From NCBI GenBank assembly GCA_031411295.1, contig JANOAV010000028.1, positions 1 to 64,000 of the forward strand: DNA of 64,000 nt, in the 5' to 3' direction. The position numbers and the translations under genes are program-made. A model generated the notes under the pieces. That model saw only the letters and a list, made by a program, of their open reading frames with translations, was not told where the DNA came from and made no database searches. The stretch comes from Verrucomicrobiales bacterium. Lineage in GTDB: Bacteria > Verrucomicrobiota > Verrucomicrobiia > Verrucomicrobiales > V1-33. Positions 9,867 to 19,998 of this stretch are shown piece by piece (positions within the stretch are counted from its first letter, which is position 1; every line of letters begins with the position of its first letter).

Positions 9867-10436
9867 ATGCTCCTCACAAAGTCCCTGCGCCATCTGCCTG
9901 CCTTGGCAGCCGTCTTACTTTCCTCCTGCCGCACGCCCGTCGTGGTCGCTCCAGAGCCGCCCCCGCCGCCGCCCATGTATTCCTGGGAGGGAGAGGGAGT
10001 TGGTGGCCCACTTAAGATGACCATTAGTCTTTCCGAGCAGAAGGCCCAACTTTATAAAGGCGGCAAAAATGTTGGCTGGACGTATGTGGCCACGGGACTG
10101 CCCGGCCATCCAACCCCACTGGGAACCCACAGCATCATGGAAAAGATCGCGGACAAGCATTCCAACCGTTATGGGGTCATTTGCAATGCGGAGGGGGAGA
10201 TCGTCAATGGCGACGCCACCGCTGGAGTGAGCCGCGTTCCTCCCGGATGTCGCTTCGTCGGGGCGCCCATGCCTAACTGGATGCGGATCACGGCTTATGG
10301 CATCGGCATGCATGCCGGCCATATCCCCAATCCTGGCAGCCCAGCGTCCCACGGTTGTATCAGGTTGCCCCAATATATGTCCGAGCGTCTGTTCGAAAAT
10401 GCCGTCGTGGGCACCCCAGTCAAAATTGTCCCCTAG
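9867..10436 (+). CDS. L,D-transpeptidase (YkuD) family lipoprotein
   Basis: Lipobox LLSS-C, poly-Pro linker, catalytic GMHAG..SHGCIRL; start at ATG 9867. Confidence 0.9.
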   Translation: MLLTKSLRHLPALAAVLLSSCRTPVVVAPEPPPPPPMYSWEGEGVGGPLKMTISLSEQKAQLYKGGKNVGWTYVATGLPGHPTPLGTHSIMEKIADKHSNRYGVICNAEGEIVNGDATAGVSRVPPGCRFVGAPMPNWMRITAYGIGMHAGHIPNPGSPASHGCIRLPQYMSERLFENAVVGTPVKIVP

Positions 10437-10449
10437 CAACCATTCCCCC

Positions 10450-11412
10450 ATGAATCGCAGGCATTTTCTCGTCACTCTTGCTGGAGGCGTCTTGTTGCCT
10501 AACTTGCTTCAGGCCGAAACCAATCTGCTGCCACTGGCAGTGACTTGCAAAGGCCAGGAGAAATTCCACGCTTTGGTGGAGCGGGCGGTCAAAGAGCACT
10601 GGGTTGCCAAGCCCATCGGCCAGCGCATGGCCTTCATTGCCTCCCTGCTGCGAGATACGGCTTATGTCGGATTCACCTTGGAGATTGATGACAAAGTGGA
10701 ATGCCCGTCGGTTAATTTTGTCGGACTGGACTGCTGGACGTTCTTTGAAACGGTGCTCGCCTTGGCGCGCATGCTGGAAACGCCCCGCACGAAATACCAA
10801 CCGGAACATTTGCTGGCGGAAATCGAATGGACGCGCTATCGCGGCGGCAAATGCACCGGAGACTACCTGGAGCGGATTCATTACCTCAACGAATGGTTCC
10901 TCGACAACCATGCCCGTGGCAACGTCAACGACATCACCCGGATGCTGGGTGCCGACATCCCGTTGAAAGGTCGTTTAAGTCGTGAAATGACCGTGCTGTG
11001 GAAAAGTTACCGTTATCTGAAAAAGAATCCTGAGTTGCGCCCCAAGATGGCTGCGCTGGAGGCCAAGATTAACGAACTGCCAGTGCATTACATTCCCAAG
11101 GCCAAGGTCAAAGGAATCGAACCCGAACTGCGCAATGGAGACATCATCGGCATCGTTTCCGGCGGGCAAGGCGGCGTGTGTTCCCACGTGGGACTCATCC
11201 TGCGTCCACAAAGCGACGCTGCAGCGCACTTCATGCACGCGTCCTCGAACTACAAGAAAGTAACCGTGGACCTAACCATCTCCGAATACCTCGCGCTCTA
11301 CAAGAGTGACATCGGCATCCTGGTCGCCCGCCCGCTCCCCACCACGCAAAGCGTGCGCGATGTCACCCAATATCAGGCGAACCGAGCACGGATCATTAAG
11401 GCGAATTCCTGA
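10450..11412 (+). CDS. DUF1460 / AmiA-like N-acetylmuramoyl-L-alanine amidase (NlpC/P60 fold), Tat-exported
   Basis: MNRRHFL Tat motif; LDCWTFFETVLALAR, RYRGG, RIHYLNEW, SHVGL, HFMHASS. Confidence 0.85.
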   Translation: MNRRHFLVTLAGGVLLPNLLQAETNLLPLAVTCKGQEKFHALVERAVKEHWVAKPIGQRMAFIASLLRDTAYVGFTLEIDDKVECPSVNFVGLDCWTFFETVLALARMLETPRTKYQPEHLLAEIEWTRYRGGKCTGDYLERIHYLNEWFLDNHARGNVNDITRMLGADIPLKGRLSREMTVLWKSYRYLKKNPELRPKMAALEAKINELPVHYIPKAKVKGIEPELRNGDIIGIVSGGQGGVCSHVGLILRPQSDAAAHFMHASSNYKKVTVDLTISEYLALYKSDIGILVARPLPTTQSVRDVTQYQANRARIIKANS

Positions 11413-11453
11413 GAGGTTCTCATTCCATTTCGCGTTCATGATGAGGGGACTAT

Positions 11454-11533
11454 CCGTTGGACTTTGGGCTTTAGAACGCAAGCCAAACGCGTTTCATCGA
11501 TTTCCCAACGGCCTAAAGGCCGAACTCCAACGG
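11454..11533. repeat. Inverted REP pair (REPIN-like)
   Basis: CCGTTGGACTTTGGGCTTTAG vs CTAAAGGCCGAACTCCAACGG, 18/21 complementary, between convergent genes. Confidence 0.65.
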
Positions 11534-11605
11534 ATGTTGCAGATCACATTACAGGATCGCATTCGCCTCAATTTGATCGCTTCTTAGAATGAGCGAAGCG
11601 AAATG

Positions 11606-13003
11606 CTAGGGCCGGTAAATAATCACCCAGTCTGCCGCATCCCGTGAAATCGATGGAGCGTTGAAATGGGGTGGGCCTGCGATTAAGTCAACTCCAACCG
11701 ACCAAACCATCACATGGTCCATTTCGCGCGCATACCGAATAGGCTGACCATCGAGATCTGTCGGAACCTCATGCATTGCTTGCTTCAGTTCATTCGGGAA
11801 CTCGTGATGTTCGGCATAAAAGATGGCCAACCGACATTCCACCGCAGTTAGTAGCCTGAGCATGTGAGCGAAAGCCATCCATTCACATTGCCCGTCTGCC
11901 GGACTTGCTCCACATGACTTCAAATAGCCCAGCCAGCCTTGTTGCTCGAACGGAATAATTTCGTTCCTAAGAAGTTCAGACAATTCGCGGCCGTCGATCA
12001 CCGTTCCCAACTTCGGATCGTGTGCCATGTCCATTGGCAACCGTAACCAATTCGCGCCCCGCAGATGATCGTTTGCAAACCACGTCCATCTCAGGGCTTC
12101 GGTTTTCATCGCTGTCAATGTTTCCGCTGGAACGGGCAGAGCTACAAGTTCCGTGCTCAATTCATCCAGTTGCAGCGTTGTCCAAAGCTTGGCAGCAAGG
12201 CCCTCGTGGATTGTCCAGCAAATGATATTCAAGATGGAGCCTGATGTGCTTACCCCGTGGCTAAGTCCTTCCTGAGCCGCCGCTTCGCGCAATCTGAATA
12301 GCACCCGCAGCAAGTCAAAAACCAGACCGGATTCCTTGGCTTCCAACGCGTGCTGCAATCTCAACTGAATCAATAGGCTGAGTCGGTTGGCTAGGGATGA
12401 AGGGTGGGTGGAGATGGAAAATTCCTTGAGCCAAGGGCGTTCCCGTGGAGGTGGGGTGAATTGTGCCCGGGGGCGAATTTTTGCCAACTCGACCAACCCT
12501 CTGAGGTTTGAGTCCAAATCAAGCCACAGTTGTTGAAAAGCCAGATCAGAATTTGGCTCAGAAAAATAATTTCGCCACGTGCTAGGCAACGGGCGATTGA
12601 TGCCACCGAGCCGCTCAAGGAATTTGGTGCGGCAGTCTTTCCAGTCCCACGGGCTGCGCAGCTCGCGCTTTTCAAAGTAGTATCTAAGAACATCGGGCAG
12701 ATCTATCGCTACCAACGCATCCAGGCAGTCCTCTTTTGTTTTTTTTGCTGTGCGATTGCGGTCATATTCCTGCTCAAAGGCCACTCCATGAAAAAGTGGA
12801 TCAGCGCAGAAATTTTGCTCCTGTGGAATGGTTGCGGGCCATGTCGAACTCCCATCAAAAGGTCCACAGGTGTCACCTGCCAGACGGATGATGCTCCGCC
12901 GCTTTTGTAATTCCGCCATGGCAATGGCAAGCCAAATTATCATTGGAACCAGGAGGAAGCTGATCCAACGAAACAGTATGGAACCTCGATGCGTAGGAGT
13001 CAT
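11606..13003 (-). CDS. Hypothetical membrane-anchored helical protein with a GspG-like C-terminal motif
   Basis: Long ORF, N-terminal TM, C-terminal PTDLDGQPIRY..VWSVGVD; start ATG 13003 or TTG 13039. Confidence 0.7.
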   Translation of the reverse strand: MTPTHRGSILFRWISFLLVPMIIWLAIAMAELQKRRSIIRLAGDTCGPFDGSSTWPATIPQEQNFCADPLFHGVAFEQEYDRNRTAKKTKEDCLDALVAIDLPDVLRYYFEKRELRSPWDWKDCRTKFLERLGGINRPLPSTWRNYFSEPNSDLAFQQLWLDLDSNLRGLVELAKIRPRAQFTPPPRERPWLKEFSISTHPSSLANRLSLLIQLRLQHALEAKESGLVFDLLRVLFRLREAAAQEGLSHGVSTSGSILNIICWTIHEGLAAKLWTTLQLDELSTELVALPVPAETLTAMKTEALRWTWFANDHLRGANWLRLPMDMAHDPKLGTVIDGRELSELLRNEIIPFEQQGWLGYLKSCGASPADGQCEWMAFAHMLRLLTAVECRLAIFYAEHHEFPNELKQAMHEVPTDLDGQPIRYAREMDHVMVWSVGVDLIAGPPHFNAPSISRDAADWVIIYRP

Positions 13004-13109
13004 GTAATCTAGTGTTGTTTGAGGCGAGAGTTTATCCAAGTAAAGCCCGCTAGGCTAGAATAATTTGTCCTGCACTACAGGTAGGGATGATAGTAGCGTT
13101 CGCATTGGT

Positions 13110-13481
13110 TCAGGATAGCTGAAATCGAATCGCAGTTCGCACCGCTAGCATCAGTCCGACCAGAATGGCTATCCTCACCGCAAGGCCCGGAATACTCCAC
13201 GGCCCCTCAGTAGGAATGGTTCTGGCAGCCAGGATTAGCGTGCAGGCCAAATGAATCCCGAACCCCGCAAGAGTGGCGGTTACTGGAAAATGGAATACGC
13301 AAAAGGCGCAGGAGAGCATGGCAATTGCCGCCCCGAAATTCACCGCAATTTTAGTTAGCAATTGTTCCGAGACCTCGGCTGCCAGGGCTGCGCGGAAGGC
13401 GTGGGTGGCTTGAGGGGCATGTTTCTGGGCTAATTCCTTCGCTACCCCCTCGTGGCTCATCCAGCCAGCAATCGCGACCAC
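13110..13481 (-). CDS. Hypothetical membrane protein
   Basis: 123 aa with three hydrophobic segments; start uncertain. Confidence 0.5.
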   Translation of the reverse strand: MVAIAGWMSHEGVAKELAQKHAPQATHAFRAALAAEVSEQLLTKIAVNFGAAIAMLSCAFCVFHFPVTATLAGFGIHLACTLILAARTIPTEGPWSIPGLAVRIAILVGLMLAVRTAIRFQLS

Positions 13482-13523
13482 TAAAATCCAGCCTAACCTC
13501 TCGCAGCCAACACAACGCCTGGA

Positions 13524-14529
13524 TCAACCGCCATCGTAAATATGATCCATAATCTGATCCGCCCTCAGGATTGGACTTGCCAGCGCGAACGCTTCCGCAT
13601 CCTGAGCTTCTTCGCGGGCGGCCCGTTTTATTAGCCGTGCAGCTTCGTCCGTCATGATGCCTTCGTTGATTAGCTTCGTCCGCTGAATTACGATGGGATC
13701 ACCATGCAGGTGATGAAATTCGATTTCTGCTTCAGTGCGATATTTCTTACTCCCTGCGTCCGAGATCGTCCAACCATGGAACCGATAGGTCTTGATCTCC
13801 ACCACTGCTGGAAGTTGGTGTTGCCTTGCCCGTTCCAGCCACGGCTGAAGTTTACTGCGCAAGGATTCCACATCATGCCCTTCCATCGTTTCGTAGGCGA
13901 TGCCATAGCCGTCCGCGCGCTGGGCCAGGGAGCCTTTGAAGGCCGTGGATCTCCGCACGGAAGTGCCGCCGCCATACCCGTTGTTTTCAACGATGAAGAC
14001 CACGGGCAACCTGGAGCAGGGCCGCCAGATTCAGCGACTCATGATAGACCCCTTGATTCACTGCCCCATCGCCCATGAAGCAGACGACGGCTCCCGGCAG
14101 TTGATTGAGTTTCAAATGCAACGCCAGTCCGACCGCCACTGGAGTTTGCTGGCCCACCACGGTGGTGCTGCCCCAGAAATGATGCGCTGGGGAAGCTAAC
14201 CCGCCCGCGCCTCCGCGTCCTTCGGAACACCCGGTGGCCCGGCCGCACAGTTCAGCCATAATGGAACGCATCGACATCCCCGCGGCAATCGCATGCCCCA
14301 TGCCCCGATGCCCAGAGATGCTGTGATCCAGCGGACCAAACAAAGAGCGCACCGCCACCGCAATCGCTTCCTGACCGCAACCGAGGAACAACCAACCTCC
14401 CATGCACGCCTGACAATAAACCTCCATCGCTTGCTCCTCGAAGCTTGCGATGCGCACCATCTCGCGATAGAGCTGAACCCTGGTTTCAGCCGGCAAAGCA
14501 GTTTCAGAATTTGTGTCGAGCGACGGCAT
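13524..14529 (-). pseudogene. pdhA: Pyruvate dehydrogenase E1-alpha-like (TPP-dependent) gene with a +1 frameshift
   Basis: N-half (GQEAIAV..HRGMGH..FMGDGAVNQGVYHESLNLAALL) and C-half (LPVVFIVENN..TYRFHG) are in different frames; the minus strand reads CAG-G-TTG-CCC at 14010-14011. Confidence 0.8.
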
Positions 14530-15030
14530 CGCAGGTCAGAAGATCTCCTCCAGAAAAATTCCCGTGAGTTGGACAACGTTAGATTTGGCAGCAGGGCAAT
14601 CCATAGCTGAATGATGCATGAGGAGACTCGCCTGACAAGCAGCGAATCAGGTATGACAATGAACGGAGCGGCTCTCCCTTCAAGCGTCCGCGCAGGAATC
14701 GGAAAAAACTTTGTAACGATTCCGCAGCAATTCCGTAGTAACAAGTAGCCTCGTCGCTGCAAGCCAAGACCTCGCACCTTCGTCCAGTGACCAGACTGGA
14801 CGGAGCAGTGCGCCCCCGTGGCCTGAGTAAAGGGAAATCAGCCCAACCTGAATCAGCCGAGCATGATTTCTTCCAACGCAGACAAATCTGAGCGATGCCC
14901 GGAAAGCCCAGAAGCAGGACTACGGCGGCTTTACGTGGTGGGTTTCCTCTGGTTTGAGCCAAAGCCCGCCACAGCATGAGCCCAGTCGAAAAGCTTGCCA
15001 TAACGACTGCGGCATGACAATATTGGCTCC

Positions 15031-16041
15031 ATGAACCCGCTTCGCCTCTGCGTCATCCTTCCGCTAGCCGTGCTCGGCACCGCCCTCTGGCTGGCTGCGG
15101 CCGCGCCCTCAGTGACGGGCCTCATTCGCCAAGTGAACGGGGAAATCCTGCTTAATGCCGCCGCTGACGTGGGCAGCTATTACCGGATCGAGACCTCCGC
15201 TGACTTCACGCAGTGGACCCCACTCGTGACGGTCCAAAGCACTGGCACCGGGCAATTGCTCGACACGGCCGCGCCTCATCTCAACCGTCGTTTCTATCGG
15301 GCCACCCCGGTCACGGGAACGGGGATCATCACGGGCGATCATCTGCCAACCACCGCTGGGGATGCGGTATTGCATCCCATCGGCCATGCCAGCGTCATGG
15401 TCTCATGGAACGGTAAAGTCATCTACAGCGACCCGAGCGATCAGAACAGCAACGGCCCTCGCTTTGCTGGCTTGCCGCAGGCCGATGTCATCGTCATCAC
15501 GCACACCCACAGCGATCACTTCGACACCTCCTCCGGCAACGCCCGACTCAATGCGCTTCTGAAAACCGGCACCGTTATCTTTGCTCCGCAGTCGGTCTAT
15601 AACGCCATGCCATCCACCGCCCCCGCCACGCTGCGCGGACGCACCACAGTCCTCGCCAACGATGCCACGGGCAGCGCCCACGGGATGACAATCAAGGCCA
15701 TTGCCATGTATAACCTCCCGCCAGGTCCCATCGGCCATGCGCAAGGGGTCGGCAATGGTTATGTTATTACACTCGGAGGAAAGAAGCTTTACTTCAGCGG
15801 AGACTCCGAAGACATCCCCGAGATGCGGGCCCTCACCAACATCGACGCAGCCTTCGTCTGCATGAGCGAGCCATCGAATATGACCGTGGACGCTGCCGCC
15901 AGCGCCGTGCGACAGTTTCGCCCCAAGATCGTATTTCCCTACCACTACACACAGTCGCCCACCACCTTTGACACCGCCCGTTTCAAAGACCTCGTCGGCA
16001 CCGACCTCCCCATCGAAGTGCGGCGGAGGGCGTTCTACTGA
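15031..16041 (+). CDS. Secreted MBL-fold metallo-hydrolase with an N-terminal accessory module
   Basis: Signal peptide; IGHASV, ITHTHSDH, YFSGDS, FPYHY. Confidence 0.88.
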   Translation: MNPLRLCVILPLAVLGTALWLAAAAPSVTGLIRQVNGEILLNAAADVGSYYRIETSADFTQWTPLVTVQSTGTGQLLDTAAPHLNRRFYRATPVTGTGIITGDHLPTTAGDAVLHPIGHASVMVSWNGKVIYSDPSDQNSNGPRFAGLPQADVIVITHTHSDHFDTSSGNARLNALLKTGTVIFAPQSVYNAMPSTAPATLRGRTTVLANDATGSAHGMTIKAIAMYNLPPGPIGHAQGVGNGYVITLGGKKLYFSGDSEDIPEMRALTNIDAAFVCMSEPSNMTVDAAASAVRQFRPKIVFPYHYTQSPTTFDTARFKDLVGTDLPIEVRRRAFY

Positions 16042-16090
16042 GCGCAGGTTAGCTGCCAGCGCTGATGGAGCGGCTGAAATATTGATTCCC

Positions 16091-18622
16091 ATGATGCAAC
16101 CTATGATCAAACTTCTGGCTACGTTAGCCACGCTCACAGGCACCCTCCACCTGCAAGCTACCGAACCAACGGTAGCCGAAGTCCTCCAAGCGTGGCCGCA
16201 GGGTGGCGGCTTCGCCATTGTGGTGGGGGCGACCAATGCAAATTTTCTGTCTGGACTAACAAACGGTGGCCGCATGCTGGTGCACGGATTGTGTGCCGAC
16301 GAGGGGGCGCGGGATCGCCTGCGCGTGGAACTCACTGGACAGGGCCTCTATGGACTCGCGTCGGTGGCGCTTTGGGAAGGACAGCCGCGCTTACCCTACG
16401 CAAGCCGACTAGCCGATATCATCGTGGCCGATCTTGATGCGCTGGGGGCCAACGCCCCGAGCCAAGCCGAGTGCGAACGCGCGCTGACTCCCGACGGTAT
16501 CCTCTATCTCCGCGCGAACGGATCGTGGAAAGTGTCCCGCCCCACCCGACCTGCGGGACTGGACGATTGGGGGCACTTCGATCATGGCGCAGATGGCAAT
16601 CCGCTCTCGCAGGACACCATCACTGGGCCGGTGCGCCAGCAACAATGGGTTGCGGACTGCATGCCCTTTCCGCTTCAGGGAAATCCCGCTGGTTACGATC
16701 CTGGCTCCGGCCTGCGCATCGCTGGTCGGTATGCCATCCTCGACATCAACGATGCAGGACCTTTCGCTGAGGAAAAGAGCAAGGAACAGAAGTGGGCGGT
16801 GCAGGCACGCGATGCATGGAACGGCACCCCGCTGTGGACCGTGCCGCGCGATGCCAAAGTCGCCCGCAAGCGGTGGTCTCTGGTCGCAGAAGAAAACGAA
16901 GTTTTCACCTATCTTGCGCCCGGAGCCGATCTGGTCGCGCTCGATCTCATGTCCGGCAAGACCCTGCGCAGCTTTCCTAGCACCGCTCCTCTGCCAGTTG
17001 ATGGCAAAGCGGGCACGGTCGGACCGGAAGGCGAGACCGCCTGCATTCGGGTGACGACCGACACCCTGCTCGTCACGGTAAATGGGATGATTCGTTGTTT
17101 CGACAGAGCGAGCGGGAAACTGCGCTGGTCGTTTGTCCGGGAGGACCAGATGGTGCTCGGGCCGGTGCTTGATCAGGAACGCCAGCGCTGCTACGGTTTA
17201 CTAGCAAAACGTCAGGACGGGCGGAATTTCGAAGGACGTTGGCCGTTCAGCAAGACCGTCATCGCGCTAATCGCGCTGGATCTCACCACTGGAAAAATTG
17301 CCTGGGAATGCAAAGACATCGCCAGCGAGGAAGTCACCTCTACCGTGAAAGGCACAGAACGAAAAGCCAGACGCAGTCCCGGGCAGATCGTGCTCTGTGG
17401 CGACAAGGTGATCGTCTTTGGCAGCGCAGCCATCGGCGGAGCGGAGGGGCCTTATATCGGCACTGTGGATTCGGCTCAGGGGAAGCTGCTCTTCTCCGAC
17501 GATGCCCCCTTCAAAAAGGATTACAACGTAGCCGCCTACAACGCCCTCGTCCGTGATGGTTCGGTCTGGTTTGCGGGTGCGTTCACCAACCTCTGGCGCT
17601 ACGATCCCACCACGGGCAAAACCGAGAAATCGCTAACTTACGGGTGGAACCAACGCTGCACCCGCATGACCGCCACGCCCAACTGGCTGCTCTTCGGACA
17701 GTCCGCCTGGTATGGCAAGGATCTCACGGGCGAACAAATCCCCGTCGCGCGATCCGGTTGCGCCTTGGGCAATATTCCCGCCAATGGCATGACCTATTTC
17801 TCGCCCAACGCCTGCCATTGCATCATTATGGTGCGAGGCTTTCACGCCATGACCAGCGAGCCGCTAACAGCACCCGTCACAGATGCGGAGCGCCTCGTGC
17901 CAGGCGGTAAACCAATCTCGCCCACCAGTGCTCCTGCCGACAAGTTACCAGAGGGCCCCATCGCCCAAGACTGGAGGAAGACCCGGCTGCTGGTGCCTCC
18001 CACCACCCCGCCAGTGACTGCGGGAGATCTGCAAATTTTTGCGGTGGTGCAACAACATCGGATCGAAGCCCGCCGGGGAAATGCCCTCCTCTGGACCGCC
18101 ATGGCCGATGCCCGGATCACGGGTGATCCACTAGTCGTGGGCGCCACGGTCCTCTACGGAGCGCACGATGGCTGCGTCTATGGGGTCGCCCTCCAGGACG
18201 GCACTCCGCGCTTCCGCGTGTTAGTCGCGCCAGGACGACGGCTCGTCATGGACAATGGCCAATTGCAGAGCGCGTGGCCGATCTATGGCCTCGCGATGCT
18301 GGACGGAAAAGTTATCGCCTCCGCAGGCACCAATCCAGCCATCGGCGGCGGCGTGGCCGTGGCCGCCCTCGATCCCCTAACTGGAACCATCGCCTGGCGC
18401 ACCATGCTCGAACAGCGACCCAACGCCGTCCTGGCCGGCGGCGGCAAAGGCACGCTCATTGCCAACCGTTCCTTTCTCAATAGCGCCCCGGTGATTACCG
18501 ACGGACGCATCACCCTCGGTGGCACCGACCGCATCTCCGGTTCCTTCAGCTTCACCCCCGATGAAAGTGCCGCCAGCCTCAGCGACCGTCTCACCAATCC
18601 GGAGCCCAAGCAGAAAAAGTAA
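16091..18622 (+). CDS. Secreted PQQ-like beta-propeller repeat protein (BamB-like, PVC type) with a degenerate methyltransferase-like N-domain
   Basis: Signal peptide; LPYASRLADIIV..LTPDG, DDWGHFDHGADGN, ARDAWNGTPLW and repeated D..TGK..W blades; start ATG 16091 or 16103. Confidence 0.8.
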   Translation: MMQPMIKLLATLATLTGTLHLQATEPTVAEVLQAWPQGGGFAIVVGATNANFLSGLTNGGRMLVHGLCADEGARDRLRVELTGQGLYGLASVALWEGQPRLPYASRLADIIVADLDALGANAPSQAECERALTPDGILYLRANGSWKVSRPTRPAGLDDWGHFDHGADGNPLSQDTITGPVRQQQWVADCMPFPLQGNPAGYDPGSGLRIAGRYAILDINDAGPFAEEKSKEQKWAVQARDAWNGTPLWTVPRDAKVARKRWSLVAEENEVFTYLAPGADLVALDLMSGKTLRSFPSTAPLPVDGKAGTVGPEGETACIRVTTDTLLVTVNGMIRCFDRASGKLRWSFVREDQMVLGPVLDQERQRCYGLLAKRQDGRNFEGRWPFSKTVIALIALDLTTGKIAWECKDIASEEVTSTVKGTERKARRSPGQIVLCGDKVIVFGSAAIGGAEGPYIGTVDSAQGKLLFSDDAPFKKDYNVAAYNALVRDGSVWFAGAFTNLWRYDPTTGKTEKSLTYGWNQRCTRMTATPNWLLFGQSAWYGKDLTGEQIPVARSGCALGNIPANGMTYFSPNACHCIIMVRGFHAMTSEPLTAPVTDAERLVPGGKPISPTSAPADKLPEGPIAQDWRKTRLLVPPTTPPVTAGDLQIFAVVQQHRIEARRGNALLWTAMADARITGDPLVVGATVLYGAHDGCVYGVALQDGTPRFRVLVAPGRRLVMDNGQLQSAWPIYGLAMLDGKVIASAGTNPAIGGGVAVAALDPLTGTIAWRTMLEQRPNAVLAGGGKGTLIANRSFLNSAPVITDGRITLGGTDRISGSFSFTPDESAASLSDRLTNPEPKQKK

Positions 18623-18651
18623 AATCCAGCCGAAAGCCGTGTCGGTTTGTT

Positions 18652-19848
18652 TCAGGCCCCTTCCCGTGGCCCGAACTGTTTGCGATACTCAGTGGGGGAA
18701 AGCTGGGTGGCACGGCGGAACGCTCCGCTGAGATATTCCACGTTGGCGAAACCACACCGTTCCGCCACCTCGCTGACTTTGAGTTTCGTGCCCGCCAGGA
18801 GTTCCTTCGCCACATTCATGCGGACCCGGAAAATCTCCTCGTGGGGGCTTCGGTTAATGATCGCCTTCATGCGGTGCTCCAGAGACCGCCGCCCCATGGG
18901 ACAAGCCTGCAACACCTCCCCCACCCCAATGCCACTGCAGGCATGTTCCCGAATGAAACGCAGGGCCTGGGCAATCTGCGGATCATCCACCGCCAGTGTA
19001 TCCGAACTTTGCCGTGCGGCCACGCCCATGGGCTCGATGTAAACAATATCCGGCGGCACCACTTCGCCCCGCATGCGTTTATCCAACAGGGCGGCAGCCG
19101 TCCACCCAGTGCGCTTCGGGTTGGGAATCACACTGGACAGGGGCGGTGGGGACAACGCGCAGAGCAACTCGTCATTATCCACCCCCAAGACCGCAATTTC
19201 CTCTGGCACGCTTAAGCCTGCCCGCCGACAGGCATCCAGCACTTGCTGACCGCGGGCATCATAGCACGCAAAAATCCCGCTGGGCTTCGGCAGCGACACG
19301 AGCCAAGCCGCAATCGCCTCAGTCTCCGCATCACTGTCACTCAAATCCTTCCCTGTCGGAAGATACGTTCGGCAGGGAAGCTTCCGAGCCGCTGCCAATT
19401 GGGTGAAACTTTGCCCCCGTTCCTGTGACCACCCAAAACGATCATCCCCGCAGTAGGCCAGTTGCTTGTAACCTCGTTCCGAAAAATGCTGCAGCGCCAA
19501 TTTGGCAATGGCCGTGTTATCCGTGGTCACAGCCGGCACTCCCGGCAGCAACCGCCGGGAACTCAGATCGACCACCGGTTGCGTGGCCGCAGCCAAAACC
19601 TCGGCAATATGAACGTTCTCGACCCGAGCCAGGATTCCATCGCCATCCCATCCCCGCAGCCACTTGGGAGGCAAATCCCCGCGCCCGTGTTCCGCCAGAA
19701 AGATACTCCAGGGGCCATGGCTGCGGATATAATCCTCCACCCCGGACAGCAGGCCCCGGGCGTAAGCGTTGGACGTCTCCACCAATAGCGCCACCTTGGG
19801 GGGGCGCTTGGGTGCGAGCACTGTTGACTTGGTTCCGTTTGGTTTCAC
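18652..19848 (-). CDS. XylR-type regulator (LacI-like sensor domain plus AraC HTH)
   Basis: VALLVETSNAYARGLL, VPEEIAVLGVDND, C-terminal VAERCGF..YLSGAFRR..SPTEYR; GTG start is approximate. Confidence 0.9.
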   Translation of the reverse strand: MKPNGTKSTVLAPKRPPKVALLVETSNAYARGLLSGVEDYIRSHGPWSIFLAEHGRGDLPPKWLRGWDGDGILARVENVHIAEVLAAATQPVVDLSSRRLLPGVPAVTTDNTAIAKLALQHFSERGYKQLAYCGDDRFGWSQERGQSFTQLAAARKLPCRTYLPTGKDLSDSDAETEAIAAWLVSLPKPSGIFACYDARGQQVLDACRRAGLSVPEEIAVLGVDNDELLCALSPPPLSSVIPNPKRTGWTAAALLDKRMRGEVVPPDIVYIEPMGVAARQSSDTLAVDDPQIAQALRFIREHACSGIGVGEVLQACPMGRRSLEHRMKAIINRSPHEEIFRVRMNVAKELLAGTKLKVSEVAERCGFANVEYLSGAFRRATQLSPTEYRKQFGPREGA

Positions 19849-19998
19849 AAATGATATCGACTGGTCTCCGTTAACCTTAGCCAAGGATTGCAGCAAGCGT
19901 GAAAATACGTCTGTGTTCTGATGGAAGCGAATCCTTGGCTCAACGAGTGACCGTGCTACCAGCAGCAGGCGGCTAATTGCATCGATTGGTGGTCGCAG

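Noticed and set aside
14010..14011. Programmed ribosomal frameshift in the pdhA-like gene
   Set aside because: No slippery heptamer or homopolymer at the site; a simple indel is more parsimonious.
13040..14620. Integron attC sites around the co-oriented accessory genes
   Set aside because: Isolated GTTAGGC and ATCTAAC cores exist, but no paired R''/R' boxes at a proper distance and no integrase.
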